A stretch of DNA of 25,144 nucleotides, from the IMG/VR virus record IMGVR_UViG_3300037851_000085, positions 1 to 25,144 of that record; one strand, written 5' to 3'. Every line of letters begins with the position of its first letter. Position 1 is the first letter of the stretch. Positions 25,144 through 25,144 of the stretch are shown here, one piece after another. The stretch is from a virus (taxonomy: Duplodnaviria > Caudoviricetes). The notes beneath the pieces were generated by a model. That model saw only the letters and a program-made list of their open reading frames with translations. It did not search any database and was not told the DNA's origin. The translations under genes and the position numbers were made by a program.

Positions 25144-25144
25144 A

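Noticed and set aside
1-25144. Alternative genetic code, introns/inteins, DGR or prophage integration
   Set aside because: Long genes are intact in the standard code with all three stops used. No reverse transcriptase, homing endonuclease, intein motif, integrase or host gene is seen.

Overview
The window is about 25 kb of a tailed dsDNA bacteriophage genome with podovirus-like late genes. No integrase, repressor or host genes are visible. The left arm (1-4261, minus strand) holds a TerS-like HTH gene, several virion-type genes including a 16-aa tandem-repeat protein, a holin-like gene and the 5' part of the large terminase. A divergent control region (4262-6100) carries a near-consensus sigma70 promoter, two sigma54-type -24/-12 sites, four IHF consensus sites, terminators and two small early genes. 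The plus-strand replication/recombination arm (6103-17445) encodes a SprT-protease/SNF2 fusion, a Cas4-like nuclease, a Sak4-like ATPase, an SSB-like protein, a very acidic small protein flanked by RNA structures, a cold-shock protein, a UDG-PolA fusion, a DUF3987-type ATPase, tRNA-Leu(TAA) and a DUF1599/Nmad1-like protein. The right arm (17432-25144, minus strand) has a permuted papain-like amidase and three putative ejection proteins. The most striking item is the largest of these (1611 aa), which carries an internal Hsp90/GHKL ATPase plus HExxH zinc-protease module. Other notable items are the second protease-ATPase fusion (SprT-SNF2), strong enrichment of CTCGCG, and a candidate multibranch ncRNA. 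All family calls come from motif recognition by eye, not database searches.
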